Shown here: positions 9,589 to 19,019 of the stretch, in pieces
Layout of the letters: each line of letters opens with the position of its first letter
How positions within the stretch are numbered: the stretch's first letter is position 1
Source: an uncultured Candidatus Saccharibacteria bacterium
GTDB lineage: Bacteria > Patescibacteriota > WWE3 > UBA101185 > UBA10185
Reading direction: 5' to 3'
DNA length: 64,000 nucleotides
Assembly (NCBI GenBank): GCA_964387275.1
Contig: CAYLVW010000001.1
Coordinates: 355,508 to 419,507 of the forward strand
The notes under the pieces: model-generated
What the model was told of the DNA's origin: nothing
Database searches by the model: none
What the model saw: the letters and a program-made list of their open reading frames with translations, nothing else
Translations under genes and position numbers: made by a program

Positions 9589-11070
9589 ATGAATCTAATC
9601 AATCAAGTAATACTGTTTTTTCAATCATTTGTTCTCGCATTAACACCGATGCCTACATATACTGAGGGAGTTTTGGGACAGCCGGTAAGTTTTTTTCCAT
9701 CTAAATCTTCTTTTCAAGCCGATAGAACAGTCTCTAAATTAATATATCGTGGACTTTTTAAATACGATATCTACGGGTCTCTTGTACCAGATCTTGCTGA
9801 TAACTGGTCCATATCCGAAGATGGTATGGGTTACACAATTAAGTTAAAAGACGACCAATACTGGTCAGATGGTTCTAAAATTACCTCAAATGACATCATC
9901 TATACCTCTTTTAAAGTAGGGGATCTTTCTGGAGTAGCTACAGATAGAATAGATGAGTTAACGGTACGGTTTACACTACCTAACAAGTTCTCTCCATTTT
10001 TAAGTATGCTTACAGTGGGGATTATGAAAGACGGTTCAGAAGAAACAAACAATGGGTTACTTCCAATCAGTAATGGTAATTTTAGGGTAATGAGAATTGA
10101 GAAAAATGGCCCTCTCACTAAGCAGGTAGTGCTAACCAAAGTTAATGTCCCAACTGATAAAAAGCTTAATTATTGCGAGGGAATTTTTGCAATACCAAAT
10201 GAAGGAGGCTGCAAAATTCGAAAAATTGTGATTAGGTATTTTGAGAACGAAGAAGAAATGAGTGTTGCAGCAAAACTAGGAGAAATTGATGGGTTTGTAG
10301 CATACAATGAACATGAAGAACTAGAAAACTTCTCAAACTATAAATTCCCACTTCAAGGTGTTTACTACGCAATTTTTTTTAATACCAGAAACGATAAATT
10401 AAAGGATACAGCAATTAGGCAAAAATTGGAGAAAGTATTACCTATCCAAGACATAATTAGTTCTAAAGGTATATCAGTACAAGGCCCAATAAGTAGAAGC
10501 ATATATACAGAAAGATCAATAGTAGAAAAAAAACCGGATCTCTCATTCAAAGAAGACTTGAGTTCAACTCAACTTATACTAACTATCCCAAATACAGAAG
10601 CAATGATGCAAATTGCAGAAGAAGTAAAAAGACACTGGAGAGAAAACTTAAACATAGATGTAACAATCAGAAAAATTGATCAAAAGAATTTCCTTAATGA
10701 AGTTGTAAAACCCAGAAATTTTGAAGTTATGATATATGGACAAGAAATAGGCAGAGACCCCGATAGATATGTAAACTGGTACTCGACACAAGAAGTATAT
10801 CCTGGACTTAATTTCACAGGGTTTAGTCAAGTCAGAGCAGATAGAGCATTGGAGGAGGGAAGAAACTTTACTGAATTTGAAGAACGTTTAGTACATTACA
10901 GAGAGTTTCAAAAAGTAATTGCGGATCAGGTCCCTGTAGTATTTTTATACCATCCATATACAAATTACTACATTTCTAAATATGTTAGAGGGCTTGGAGA
11001 CAAATATACATTTGATATAACTGATAGGTTTTTGGATTTTGAGAATTGGGAAAGAATTATTACTAACTAG
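9589..11070 (+). CDS. ABC transporter substrate-binding protein, family 5 (peptide/nickel type)
   Basis: SBP_bac_5-like signature LIYRGLFKYD...PDLADNWSISEDGMGYTIKLKDDQYWSDGSKITSNDI. No permease or ATPase genes lie adjacent. Confidence 0.65.
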   Translation: MNLINQVILFFQSFVLALTPMPTYTEGVLGQPVSFFPSKSSFQADRTVSKLIYRGLFKYDIYGSLVPDLADNWSISEDGMGYTIKLKDDQYWSDGSKITSNDIIYTSFKVGDLSGVATDRIDELTVRFTLPNKFSPFLSMLTVGIMKDGSEETNNGLLPISNGNFRVMRIEKNGPLTKQVVLTKVNVPTDKKLNYCEGIFAIPNEGGCKIRKIVIRYFENEEEMSVAAKLGEIDGFVAYNEHEELENFSNYKFPLQGVYYAIFFNTRNDKLKDTAIRQKLEKVLPIQDIISSKGISVQGPISRSIYTERSIVEKKPDLSFKEDLSSTQLILTIPNTEAMMQIAEEVKRHWRENLNIDVTIRKIDQKNFLNEVVKPRNFEVMIYGQEIGRDPDRYVNWYSTQEVYPGLNFTGFSQVRADRALEEGRNFTEFEERLVHYREFQKVIADQVPVVFLYHPYTNYYISKYVRGLGDKYTFDITDRFLDFENWERIITN

Positions 11071-11071
11071 C

Positions 11072-11881
11072 ATGCCACATATAATTGATGGAAAAGCACT
11101 TGCAAAAATTAAGCTCCAGGATATAAAAAATTATATTCAACAAAATAATTTAAAATTAACCCTAGCTGTAGTACTTATAGGTAGCGACCAAGCCTCTGCA
11201 ATATATGTAAGAAATAAACTAAGAAAAGCTGAAGAAGTTGGAATTTCTACTAAATTAATTTACAAGGAAACAGAATCACAAAAAGAGCTAAAACACTTGA
11301 TCTCTGAGCTAAATACAGATAAAACCATAACAGGTTTTTTTATACAAGCACCCTTACCAAAGCCTTTAAATTTTACGGATTTGGCATCATTAATTAAACC
11401 TGATAAAGATATTGACGGCTTAACCCCAACAAACTTAGGAAGATTAGCAAACAACATTATTAACACTCCTGTCTCTGCTACACCACTTGCAGTGTTAACA
11501 GCTTTAAAATCTATTCCTAATTTTGATTTTAGAGGAAAACATGTGGTTATTATAGGAAGATCAAACATCTTGGGTAAACCGCTAGCGTTGTTACTTACAA
11601 ACAATGACGCTACAGTAACTCTTTGCCATTCAAAAACTATAAATTTACAACAACTCACACTAACCGCCGATATTATAGTTTCTGCAACAGGAGTAAAAAA
11701 CTTGGTTACTGCAGATATGGTAAAAACTGGTGCAGTCCTAATAGATTGTGGCTCTCCTAACCAAGAAATTACAGATGAAGCCTACAAAAAGTCTTCTTAC
11801 TTTACACCTGTACCAGGGGGTATAGGTCCACTTACAATTGCTTGTCTTTTAGAAAACCTAGTAGGTCTAATCAAGCAATAG
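11072..11881 (+). CDS. folD: Bifunctional methylenetetrahydrofolate dehydrogenase/cyclohydrolase
   Basis: MPHIIDGKALAKI..., the YVRNK motif, GRSNILGKP Rossmann motif and PVPGGIGPLT near the C-terminus. Start moved to the ATG at 11072, just after the upstream stop. Confidence 0.85.
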   Translation: MPHIIDGKALAKIKLQDIKNYIQQNNLKLTLAVVLIGSDQASAIYVRNKLRKAEEVGISTKLIYKETESQKELKHLISELNTDKTITGFFIQAPLPKPLNFTDLASLIKPDKDIDGLTPTNLGRLANNIINTPVSATPLAVLTALKSIPNFDFRGKHVVIIGRSNILGKPLALLLTNNDATVTLCHSKTINLQQLTLTADIIVSATGVKNLVTADMVKTGAVLIDCGSPNQEITDEAYKKSSYFTPVPGGIGPLTIACLLENLVGLIKQ

Positions 11882-12017
11882 TAAACATAGTATCTCTATA
11901 TTCTTAAAATTACTTTTTCCATGAAAAGCTTCAAAGCTTATACTTAACTATTTAGTTTAATTAAATTGTAAAACAGGTGCACTAATGCTTTTTGATGTTA
12001 CTTAGTAACTGAGCAAT

Positions 12018-12046
12018 TTGTCACTATATAGAATGCTCTGTATAAT
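12018..12046 (+). promoter_or_regulatory. Sigma70-like promoter for tRNA-His (TTGTCA -17 bp- TATAAT)
   Basis: Near-consensus -35 and perfect -10 hexamers with a 17-bp spacer. The -10 ends 17 nt before the tRNA 5' end. Confidence 0.45.
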
Positions 12047-12063
12047 CTATGAGTTTACTGCAT

Positions 12064-12140
12064 GGTGGCTGTAGTTCAGTGGTTAGAACGCTGGCCTGTG
12101 GAGCCGGATGTCGTCGGTTCAAATCCGATCAGCCACCCCA
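12064..12140 (+). tRNA. tRNA-His (anticodon GUG) with encoded G-1 and CCA
   Basis: G-1 followed by GTGGCTG acceptor. Anticodon arm CTGGC-CTGTGGA-GCCGG, T-arm TCGGTTCAAATCCGA, then CAGCCAC-C-CCA. Confidence 0.85.
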
Positions 12141-12184
12141 AATATTTTCTTCGAATTTATCCTAATTTCTTATAATTATAAATA

Positions 12185-13129
12185 CTAAATTCTAAGTTCT
12201 GCTCGGAAGTATTTACGCCATATTTCAAAACCTAATTTTGAGTAAAAGTCTGTTTTGTCTGTCCATCCAATCCAACAATATTTAATGCCCTTGGACTTTA
12301 GTAGTTCAGTCCCATAAGATTTTAGAGCTAAACCAACCCCTTTACCTCTCCATTTTTCACTTACGCCTAAAGCTTTTCCGCTTCCTAATTTGTTTTCAAA
12401 TAATAGATTCCAGTTACAGTTTTCAATCTGTATACATGTGACACCAATAATCTCTTTATTGTGTATCGCCATAAAAACGTTGTTATAGTTGTTGTTATCA
12501 AAGTCTTGTTTGTAGTAGTCATGCCATTCCAAAAAGTTTTTCCGTTCGAAGTCTAGTATTTGTTCAGCATATTCAGGTGAAGAAATTTGTATTCTTATCC
12601 CCTCATTATTTATTTTTTCGTATATGCCTTTGGGTGACTTAAAAGTTTCAATATTCTGATACATATCATAGACCAGTTCGTTTTCAATCAAGAAGCCGTT
12701 TTTACTAAAAAAATTTATAGAATTAAGGTTCTCCGGTACCCCAGCCCATAGCCAGCTTCCTGCTCCGCCACCTAGTTTTATAGTCTTAACGCCAAGTTGA
12801 TCGAACCAGTCTTTTGTTGCGTTGATTAATGATGTACCTACTTTGTTATTTCTATATTCTGAGGTTACAACAACCAGCGTAATTACACCTCTATTTTCAT
12901 CACCAACTTGTTTGTTTTTTGCACTAATTACACCAACAATCTTGTTGTTTAGCTCGGCGACAAAGACACGTACTTTGTTATTAGTATCATCATACCCAAA
13001 CAATACGTTAAGCAATCGTTCTGGTGCGATTGGCCACAGTGTACCCAATTCTGAATTTGTGTAGATATCCAACAATGCCTGCTCGTCTTTTGGGTTATAA
13101 AGTCTTATGTTTAGTCTGGCTTGATTCAT
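12185..13129 (-). CDS. Tandem GNAT-family N-acetyltransferase (two acetyltransferase domains)
   Basis: Two acetyl-CoA binding segments, RNNKVGTSLINATKDWF and WRGKGVGLALKSY. Architecture resembles MshD-like double-GNAT enzymes. Confidence 0.6.
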   Translation of the reverse strand: MNQARLNIRLYNPKDEQALLDIYTNSELGTLWPIAPERLLNVLFGYDDTNNKVRVFVAELNNKIVGVISAKNKQVGDENRGVITLVVVTSEYRNNKVGTSLINATKDWFDQLGVKTIKLGGGAGSWLWAGVPENLNSINFFSKNGFLIENELVYDMYQNIETFKSPKGIYEKINNEGIRIQISSPEYAEQILDFERKNFLEWHDYYKQDFDNNNYNNVFMAIHNKEIIGVTCIQIENCNWNLLFENKLGSGKALGVSEKWRGKGVGLALKSYGTELLKSKGIKYCWIGWTDKTDFYSKLGFEIWRKYFRAELRI

Positions 13130-13364
13130 AACTGCATTTTAGCACCATTAAGTTTAGGTTAGTTAGAGATCTTCCTATTAATAATTGCTAACTCTCTTTC
13201 CATAACTTCAATCCTTTCTGACTGCAACAGCCCGATTAGAATATCATCTTGCTCCTGACCCCAAACAAACATTTTACCACCCACTCATTTCCAATCTTAT
13301 GTATGCAGAAATAAGTCTGATCTAGCGGATCAAACTTCAATTAGGTATCCTGTTAGTACTACTT

Positions 13365-14168
13365 ATGCAAATACTTATTAAAATAATCAGAATACTGCAA
13401 AACACACCATTTAACCCAAATTGGCTTTGGATCACTAAATTCAATGAATTAAATAACAAAATTGTAAATCAGCATCTTTACGGAGATATTTTAGAGGTTG
13501 GTGCAGGTAGTGGACTTAGAAAAGCACAAATACTTTCTAATAATACCGGCAATATTACCTCGTATATTGCTACAGATTATGAGGGTTGGGATAACTTCTA
13601 TGAGAAAATTAAGAGTAATAAACTATATATGCTTTTTAACCCAGATCTGGGGTCTAGAAAGCTAGATGGGGTGTGCTCAGCAACAAACCTTCCATATGAA
13701 GACAAAAAATTTGATTGCCATATTAGCTTTGAGGTTTTGGAGCATATGGAAGACATCGATAAATATTTTTCAGAAGCCTACCGAGTTATAAAACCCGGAG
13801 GCATAATTTATTTTAGTACACCATTTATGTACCCATTACATGGAGATCCTCCAGAGTTTAAACACGATTATATGAGATTTGGTAATGGCTTGTATTACCT
13901 TATAGCGCAAAAATACGACTTAAGATTAATTGGAATTGAATCAAACACGGGTCTTGGTACTACTATGGCAGCCTTTGTATCACATTACCTATCAACCAAA
14001 ATACAAAATTCAAATAATATTCTGGTTAAAGTTCTTATATCTACTTTCCTAATACCTACTGCATTATTGTTAAATATGGCAGGATATATTATAGATCTGG
14101 ATCCCGACACTAAGTTTAGTTCACGATTTCATGTTATATACAAAAAAGAAAAACTTGAGCAAATTTAA
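13365..14168 (+). CDS. Class I SAM-dependent methyltransferase
   Basis: Motif I DILEVGAGSGL and motif post-II VIKPGGIIYFSTP. Confidence 0.6.
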   Translation: MQILIKIIRILQNTPFNPNWLWITKFNELNNKIVNQHLYGDILEVGAGSGLRKAQILSNNTGNITSYIATDYEGWDNFYEKIKSNKLYMLFNPDLGSRKLDGVCSATNLPYEDKKFDCHISFEVLEHMEDIDKYFSEAYRVIKPGGIIYFSTPFMYPLHGDPPEFKHDYMRFGNGLYYLIAQKYDLRLIGIESNTGLGTTMAAFVSHYLSTKIQNSNNILVKVLISTFLIPTALLLNMAGYIIDLDPDTKFSSRFHVIYKKEKLEQI

Positions 14169-14255
14169 AGAGTTTATTTTTGACCTATAGTCATAAATAC
14201 CGTATAATACCACCACTATCCAAATCGGGATAGATTGAATTGAAGAGGAAAACAA

Positions 14256-14645
14256 ATGGAAGTGCTTCAGCAAAACGGCATTTATATCGCTTTGGTTATC
14301 ATTATTTCCTTTCTTTATGTTGTTTCTTCGATTGGTGTAGCACTTATCGGTATTATGTCTTCTGGGTTTGGTGGTATTAGTGCTATTGCTGACCCACAAT
14401 CAGACAGGTTTAAGATCGTTTATGGGGCTGTAAGCCTTATTGCGGGTACTCTTACAGCACTTTCACATTACCTTATGTGGGGTGTTTTTAGTATTCTCTT
14501 TATCCCCGCTGTTGTTTGCATTATGGGAGGGGTATACAATTGGATGTCAGTTGCCAGAGGCTACGCCGGTAAAACGGTTCTCTGGGCACTTATTATGAGT
14601 GCGCTTGGTATTATTCTTATGTACCTTAATTTTTGGGTGTTCTAG
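14256..14645 (+). CDS. Small integral membrane protein (4 predicted TM helices)
   Basis: Hydrophobic throughout. RBS GAGGAAAACAAATG precedes the start. Confidence 0.35.
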   Translation: MEVLQQNGIYIALVIIISFLYVVSSIGVALIGIMSSGFGGISAIADPQSDRFKIVYGAVSLIAGTLTALSHYLMWGVFSILFIPAVVCIMGGVYNWMSVARGYAGKTVLWALIMSALGIILMYLNFWVF

Positions 14646-14685
14646 GTATGTTGCAGCTGTTTGAATTTTCTACGTTAGGTAGAGT

Positions 14686-15387
14686 TCAGGCAGCTGCTTT
14701 TTTAATTTCTTTGTGCTCAATAGGCAAACTGACTTTCCAAACATAATAGTAACTATCAGGGACATGCTGACCAAGGCCATTTATCCTATCAAATATTAAA
14801 TGGTTTCCTAATTCAAACTCTTCTGTGATATTCCACACAATAGGCATTAAATCATAATAAATCCCTCCCCACTCAATTACAGAACCCAATGGTTTCCTAT
14901 GAGAGGCAAGTCCCGGTAGGGAGTCAGATTTCCACCAAAATTTTGCTAACGGTTTTGGAAGATTAAACACTAAAACCCCATTGTCACTAGAGATTTCAGG
15001 CTTACCAGTGCCCAAACCCAGCTCCCCTAGCAAAATATCAGCTTCTGCGCCGAGTCTAAATTTAAAGTTTGGGTCAGTAAGACCTGACTCTTCTAAGTAA
15101 GTAAGAGTTCTGTCGGGAATACCACCACCCCCTGGCATTACATAATTTCTCAAAGTCCCATATAATGCAGACTTGTAGTGTTTAGCTAGATAAATTCCGT
15201 AATCTTGAACTTCATTCCAGAGAATTTGCTGTTCGCGGGTTTCACAGTCTTCAAATTTTGGACCTTCCATATATGGACACTGATCTCCCGGTACAACATT
15301 TAACTCTATAGCTTGATCTTCTAAGTAATCATCAATGCCTGTGTTTATATCATCATCAGAGAAGGTTTCAGAGAAACGTAACACCAT
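14686..15387 (-). CDS. Hypothetical protein
   Basis: 233-aa ORF with no recognisable motifs. Acidic N-terminus. Confidence 0.3.
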   Translation of the reverse strand: MVLRFSETFSDDDINTGIDDYLEDQAIELNVVPGDQCPYMEGPKFEDCETREQQILWNEVQDYGIYLAKHYKSALYGTLRNYVMPGGGGIPDRTLTYLEESGLTDPNFKFRLGAEADILLGELGLGTGKPEISSDNGVLVFNLPKPLAKFWWKSDSLPGLASHRKPLGSVIEWGGIYYDLMPIVWNITEEFELGNHLIFDRINGLGQHVPDSYYYVWKVSLPIEHKEIKKAAA

Positions 15388-15476
15388 ATAAAAAGTATAT
15401 CAAAGTTCACATGCACAAATTGCAACGTTGTCTGTACCCTATAGTTATGGTAAAATTCGCGTCTTGGAGGAGAAAA

Positions 15477-16277
15477 ATGACAAGCATCAGAGCCAGAGTT
15501 AATTACTGGTTGGTCCAACTACTTACTTTTGTAGCATCAGTTTATCTGTGTATGTTTATAGGTGGTGTGTTAGCAAACAACCAAGCGGTTATAAACTTAG
15601 GGATACAATCATTCTTCTTGTTTTTGTCTACTTTTATTGGATCGCTTACTCTGGTACTTTTAGTTTTTGTTCATGAAAATGGGCATAAACTCGCCATGGA
15701 GGTGCAGAAGATCAGGTCTTTTGGTCCAATCATGATTCTTCCTCTAGGGGGAATTATGCTCCCGGGCAGATCTATGAGTGCTCTGGAAGGTACAATAACC
15801 ATACTGGCTGGACCTGCTACTGGAATTCTTGGCATTCCATTTTTGTACTTAGGAATGTACCAGGATAAACCAGAATATGTGGGATTAGCCCTAGTGTGGA
15901 TACTAGTAAATGCTGTCAATCTGTTACCTGTGGGGCCACTGGATGGTACCGGCATTGTTGCTAGTATTATTTCAGCAGTATCTCTAAAAGCTGCAAAACT
16001 CTACAAAAAGTTTAGTGTATTGCTGCTCTTTTTGCCTATGACTTTTGCAAGTAGCACTAACGCCTTAGTTGTGTTTGCTCTCACTTTATCTATTGTGATT
16101 CTTATGTGGTTACTAGATAACTACATGACGAAGGTTTTTAGAAAATACTGTAACAAGGATATCGCTGTAAATCCCGCGCTAACGGGCAAGCAAGCTCTTG
16201 TCAGTGCAATAACTTATGGCTTTCTAACTTTGTTACTGGGAGTTTCCTTGGTACAAGCCTTCTCGTACTTTCTATAG
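15477..16277 (+). CDS. Site-2 protease family (peptidase M50) intramembrane zinc metalloprotease
   Basis: HExxH in a TM segment (FVHENGHKLA) and the second signature NAVNLLPVGPLDGTG (LDG motif). Start set at the MTSIRARV ATG after a GGAGGAG RBS. Confidence 0.7.
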   Translation: MTSIRARVNYWLVQLLTFVASVYLCMFIGGVLANNQAVINLGIQSFFLFLSTFIGSLTLVLLVFVHENGHKLAMEVQKIRSFGPIMILPLGGIMLPGRSMSALEGTITILAGPATGILGIPFLYLGMYQDKPEYVGLALVWILVNAVNLLPVGPLDGTGIVASIISAVSLKAAKLYKKFSVLLLFLPMTFASSTNALVVFALTLSIVILMWLLDNYMTKVFRKYCNKDIAVNPALTGKQALVSAITYGFLTLLLGVSLVQAFSYFL

Positions 16278-16293
16278 CACAAGGAGAAAAGGA

Positions 16294-16746
16294 ATGAGCA
16301 ATATCACAACGGACGCAGTTAGAATTGCAGGCTCTAATGCTCCAGAAGAGGGAGACTTTGGTACTGCAACTATTCGTAATTGGGGTACTCTTAGTGCTGA
16401 AGTTCAAAGTATTATTAGAGACGACCTATACCGTGTGGAAACAGGTGGTGGTAATCTTTGGATTCAACACCCAGAAGAACAAGAAATGTATGATGACGAT
16501 TACTGGAGACAAGTCGGTGAAGATAACGCCAGATGTATTGATTGTGGTATGAACCCTTGCTACTGTGAGGATTTCCCAATTATAGATTTTTGCCTCACAT
16601 GCAAAGACCCTAATGTTATTATTTGGGATACTCTGCTTACAATGGATACTCTTGAAGCTGCTCTAGATAAAGCCATAAGATCTCATCATGAGAGCTGTAC
16701 ATGTGGTGGATTTATGATTAGTGTTAGTTTTAGTTTTACGATGTAA
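16294..16746 (+). CDS. Cys-rich cytoplasmic protein (multiple CxxC-like pairs; putative zinc ribbon)
   Basis: The C-terminal half contains CIDCG, CYC, CLTC and HHESCTC. Strong RBS AAGGAGAAAAGGAATG. Followed by a strong terminator. Confidence 0.4.
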   Translation: MSNITTDAVRIAGSNAPEEGDFGTATIRNWGTLSAEVQSIIRDDLYRVETGGGNLWIQHPEEQEMYDDDYWRQVGEDNARCIDCGMNPCYCEDFPIIDFCLTCKDPNVIIWDTLLTMDTLEAALDKAIRSHHESCTCGGFMISVSFSFTM

Positions 16747-16753
16747 AACTCAC

Positions 16754-16800
16754 GCCCGGCAAAAGGTAAGTATAACTTCTTTTTGCCGGGCTTTTTTTAC
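16754..16800 (+). terminator. Rho-independent terminator
   Basis: GCCCGGCAAAAG...CTTTTTGCCGGGC hairpin followed by TTTTTTT. Confidence 0.65.
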
Positions 16801-17002
16801 AACTTAAAAGATCAAGAATCAACCCAAAAATAAAAAGCAGGCTTCTCACTTATATTAAAAATAAATATTTTTAAACTCACTGGTGCCAGTTCTCTAAACC
16901 CAATCTACTATAGGTTTTACATTTAGCCAGTAACTTGCTAAAATCACATCCGCAGAAATACTGCAGACCTTTGACAATATGTGAGAACAGAGAGGAAAAG
17001 CG

Positions 17003-17719
17003 ATGAGGATTCCTATCAAGCTGGAAAGTAAACACTATGTTATTTTAGCTTTAATAGCTATTCCTTTTATCATTCTACTTAGAATCTTCTATAAATGGCT
17101 TGCTATTCCATTTGTTTTTGAGGAGTTCCTGTTTTTTAAGGGAGCTATTTGGGATCCGTTTTTGATGTCAATGCCACTAATTCTTGGAGGCATTGCTTTA
17201 AATGTTTTCCATATGGCATCTACTACAAATCCACCAGAAGTGCATGCTAATGCTGGTAGTATTCCGTTTACGGGATTTCTTACCAGTTTAATGGCAGGTG
17301 TGATGGAGGAGATTGTTTTTCGTTGGGTTTTGTTTTATGCATTTTTTGGAATGTTCTGGTTTATAGATAGAAACATTCTGGGAGGCTTCTTACAAGCTCA
17401 ATTCACAAATAATCTAAGCTTTATTAACACCTTCCTTGTTTTTGGGGCACCAGAAATGATCTCAAACCCCACTAACTGGGCAACCGGTCTTGCTATTCTT
17501 TCGTCCAACTGGAAGTTCCAAGAAGGACATTCCTACCAAGGGATTTCCGGGCAGATTTTTAGTTGGCTAGGTGGTTTGGTGTTTTTTAATGTTATGTTTG
17601 TGCATGGGCTTTTTGCAGCCATGTTGGTGCATTTTGCTTTTGACATGCTGACATTTGTAATGCTTATGGTTGATTTGTTCCTGGAGGAAAACAGTGACAA
17701 ATTCTATGCCTGGTACTAA
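17003..17719 (+). CDS. CPBP-family (CAAX protease / Abi-type) intramembrane metalloprotease
   Basis: Motif 1 EEIVFR (EExxxR), motif 2 FNVMFVHGL (FxxxH) and motif 3 HFAFD. Multi-pass membrane protein. Confidence 0.7.
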   Translation: MRIPIKLESKHYVILALIAIPFIILLRIFYKWLAIPFVFEEFLFFKGAIWDPFLMSMPLILGGIALNVFHMASTTNPPEVHANAGSIPFTGFLTSLMAGVMEEIVFRWVLFYAFFGMFWFIDRNILGGFLQAQFTNNLSFINTFLVFGAPEMISNPTNWATGLAILSSNWKFQEGHSYQGISGQIFSWLGGLVFFNVMFVHGLFAAMLVHFAFDMLTFVMLMVDLFLEENSDKFYAWY

Positions 17720-17756
17720 CAAACAAAAACCCTACAAAACAACAAGGAGGCGAAAC

Positions 17757-19019
17757 ATGGCTCGAGCAATCAAAACTGACCTTACCCAAGATCAAGCTAC
17801 TATTTTGATTGATGCAGGTAAAGCAGTTAGAGGACTTGAAGAGAATCTTAAGTTTTGCTTTCAAGAACGTGATTGGATTATCCGTCAAACAGCATTGGCG
17901 CTGCTTTTGGGCAGACACGTGCTGATTTATGGTATTCATGGTGCCGCTAAGTCTTCTTTTGCAGAACGTGTGTTTGGCTCAATTAAGGGTAAGGGTACTA
18001 GTGGTGAAGATCCTCAGATTTTTTCTATTCAACTTGATGTTGATACAACTAAATCTGATTTGGTTGGCCCTATTAGTATTGCTGATCTTAGAAATAGTGG
18101 CCTAAATGTGAGAAATCTTGCCGGCCATCTGGCCGAAGCACACTTTGCTTATTTGGATGAAGTACTTGACGCTATCTCACTTTTGAGGGGCATTAATGAT
18201 ATTCTTCATGAACGACGCCTTATTGAGGGTAGACAAAATATCCGAGTGCCGCTTCTTACAGCTATTGGTGCTACTAATAGATCACCTAGTGAGGTAGAGG
18301 CGATGTACCCGGGGCTTAATTTGGGTGCTGTTAATGATAGATGGGATTTTGTTGGTAATGTTGGGTACGTTAACGGTATTGCTAGTGTTACCAGCATGGT
18401 TATGAACGGTCTCTTTGGTAAACTCCCGTTTGTCGAAGTGCCTTTCCATCTTATTCAACAGTCCGCTCAAATTCTTGCTAACACTAATATGTTCCCAGAT
18501 GACCAATATGTCCAAGCCTATGTTGAACTTATCACCAAAGTTAGGGAACGATTTAAGAAAGACATGAAACGGTCAATTTCAGATCGTCGTATTAATAGAC
18601 TTACTCAAGTAGTTGAAGCTAATGCTATTCTTTATGGCAGAACTGATCTGACTGCTGAAGACCTCCATGCTATCGGGTATGCACTTTGCCCATCCGGCGA
18701 CTCTGATGAATATAGCGTATTTAAGGAAGTTGCTGATGGGGTCGTTGGTGAATTTGGTGCTGCGATTAATGATAAGACAGACGCAGCTATTAAAAATGCA
18801 CTTAGACGAATTAGCACAGATATTATGGGCATTAAACGAAGCCTTAGTGATCCGAAGTGGAAAGCTGATGTAACCAATGTTGGACCTGCTCTCAAACAGG
18901 TTTCAGAGCTTAAGGATGAGCTTCTTAAACTAGCTCCTAAACTTGAGTCAACTGAGCGCGAGATTAAAAAACTTGTTGATGTGCTCGCTGACCTTAAAGA
19001 CAAGATTAACGATATCTAA
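17757..19019 (+). CDS. MoxR-like AAA+ ATPase with C-terminal coiled-coil extension
   Basis: Walker A HVLIYGIHGAAKS, a MoxR-type segment QLDVDTTKSDLVGP, Walker B FAYLDEV, and sensor-2-like GRTDLTAEDLHAIG. Start chosen at the MARAIK ATG after AAGGAGG. Confidence 0.7.
   Translation: MARAIKTDLTQDQATILIDAGKAVRGLEENLKFCFQERDWIIRQTALALLLGRHVLIYGIHGAAKSSFAERVFGSIKGKGTSGEDPQIFSIQLDVDTTKSDLVGPISIADLRNSGLNVRNLAGHLAEAHFAYLDEVLDAISLLRGINDILHERRLIEGRQNIRVPLLTAIGATNRSPSEVEAMYPGLNLGAVNDRWDFVGNVGYVNGIASVTSMVMNGLFGKLPFVEVPFHLIQQSAQILANTNMFPDDQYVQAYVELITKVRERFKKDMKRSISDRRINRLTQVVEANAILYGRTDLTAEDLHAIGYALCPSGDSDEYSVFKEVADGVVGEFGAAINDKTDAAIKNALRRISTDIMGIKRSLSDPKWKADVTNVGPALKQVSELKDELLKLAPKLESTEREIKKLVDVLADLKDKINDI

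Noticed and set aside
16325-16552. ORF 16325..16552(+) and many other 60-140-aa ORFs nested in or antisense to long conserved genes (for example 2864..3097, 4253..4588, 10365..10550, 29316..29537, 40311..40724, 50415..50834)
   Set aside because: Each is contained in a gene with clear family motifs on the other frame or strand. They show no RBS or motif support.
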